From: an uncultured Alistipes sp.
Lineage (GTDB): Bacteria; Bacteroidota; Bacteroidia; Bacteroidales; Rikenellaceae
Direction of reading: 5' to 3'
DNA length: 46,567 nucleotides
NCBI GenBank assembly: GCA_900552955.1
Contig: USBO01000001.1
Location: 1-46,567 of the forward strand
Shown: positions 46,433-46,567 of the stretch, one piece after another
Numbering within the stretch: the stretch's first letter is position 1
Layout of the letters: the number at the start of each line of letters is the position of its first letter
Notes under the pieces: model-generated
Seen by the model: the letters and a program-made list of their open reading frames with translations, nothing else
The model's database searches: none
Told to the model about the DNA's origin: nothing
Program-made: the position numbers and the translations under genes

Positions 46433-46567
46433 TTACTGAACCGTGATGCTGTTCAGCAGGTCCGTCTTGCCCTCGTTCACCAGCTTCAGGATCAGCTCCC
46501 CGAACAGCGTGTTCTGCCACGCGAACCACGAACGCGTAAACTTCGCAGGATTGTCCTTGTGGAAAGA
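46433..46567 (-). CDS. GH125 exo-alpha-1,6-mannosidase, C-terminal 44 aa (truncated by window edge; not in the supplied ORF track)
   Basis: Reverse complement translates to SFHKDNPAKFTRSWFAWQNTLFGELILKLVNEGKTDLLNSITVQ*, matching the GH125/DUF1237 C-terminal motif F(T)R.WFAW.N.LFGE. Confidence 0.85.
   Translation of the reverse strand, partial: SFHKDNPAKFTRSWFAWQNTLFGELILKLVNEGKTDLLNSITVQ

Larger units (their letters stand above)
26954..46567. other. Alpha-mannan-type polysaccharide utilisation locus (extends beyond the right edge)
   Basis: susC/susD pair with GH76, GH92, GH125, DUF3823, a surface binding protein and a divergent sensor-regulator. Confidence 0.88.

Overview
GC-rich Bacteroidota chromosome segment, most likely Alistipes/Rikenellaceae. 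This is inferred from TAnnTTTG -7 promoter boxes, starts lacking Shine-Dalgarno sites, SusC/SusD genes and high GC3. The left part (1-26.9 kb) is mostly housekeeping: partial recQ, a 3'-5' exonuclease, an RlmI-type methyltransferase, a ProX-type deacylase, namZ, fprA, prfB without its programmed frameshift, tRNA-His, DUF3575, groES/groEL, an orphan GH78 rhamnosidase, rpsA, a 5'-nucleotidase, a four-repeat surface lipoprotein, a nucleoside kinase, gcvP, slyD and a kinase-WG-repeat fusion. The right part (26.9-46.6 kb) is an alpha-mannan-type polysaccharide utilisation locus (PUL). It holds GH92, a glutaminase-like (alpha/alpha)6 protein, an unclassified GH42-like protein, DUF3823, SusD, SusC, GH76, a surface glycan-binding lipoprotein, a divergent Kelch-TM-SARP-like regulator and a partial GH125. 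The best novelty candidates are the two unclassified enzymes in the PUL, the one-component regulator with a GGTTAA-repeat candidate operator, a sigma54-like promoter with TGACA boxes before groES, and a promoter-bearing 73-bp structured tandem repeat. The first ~3 kb shows assembly artefacts, including an Illumina P5 adapter remnant that creates a false stop codon. All family assignments come from motif recognition by eye; no database search was run.
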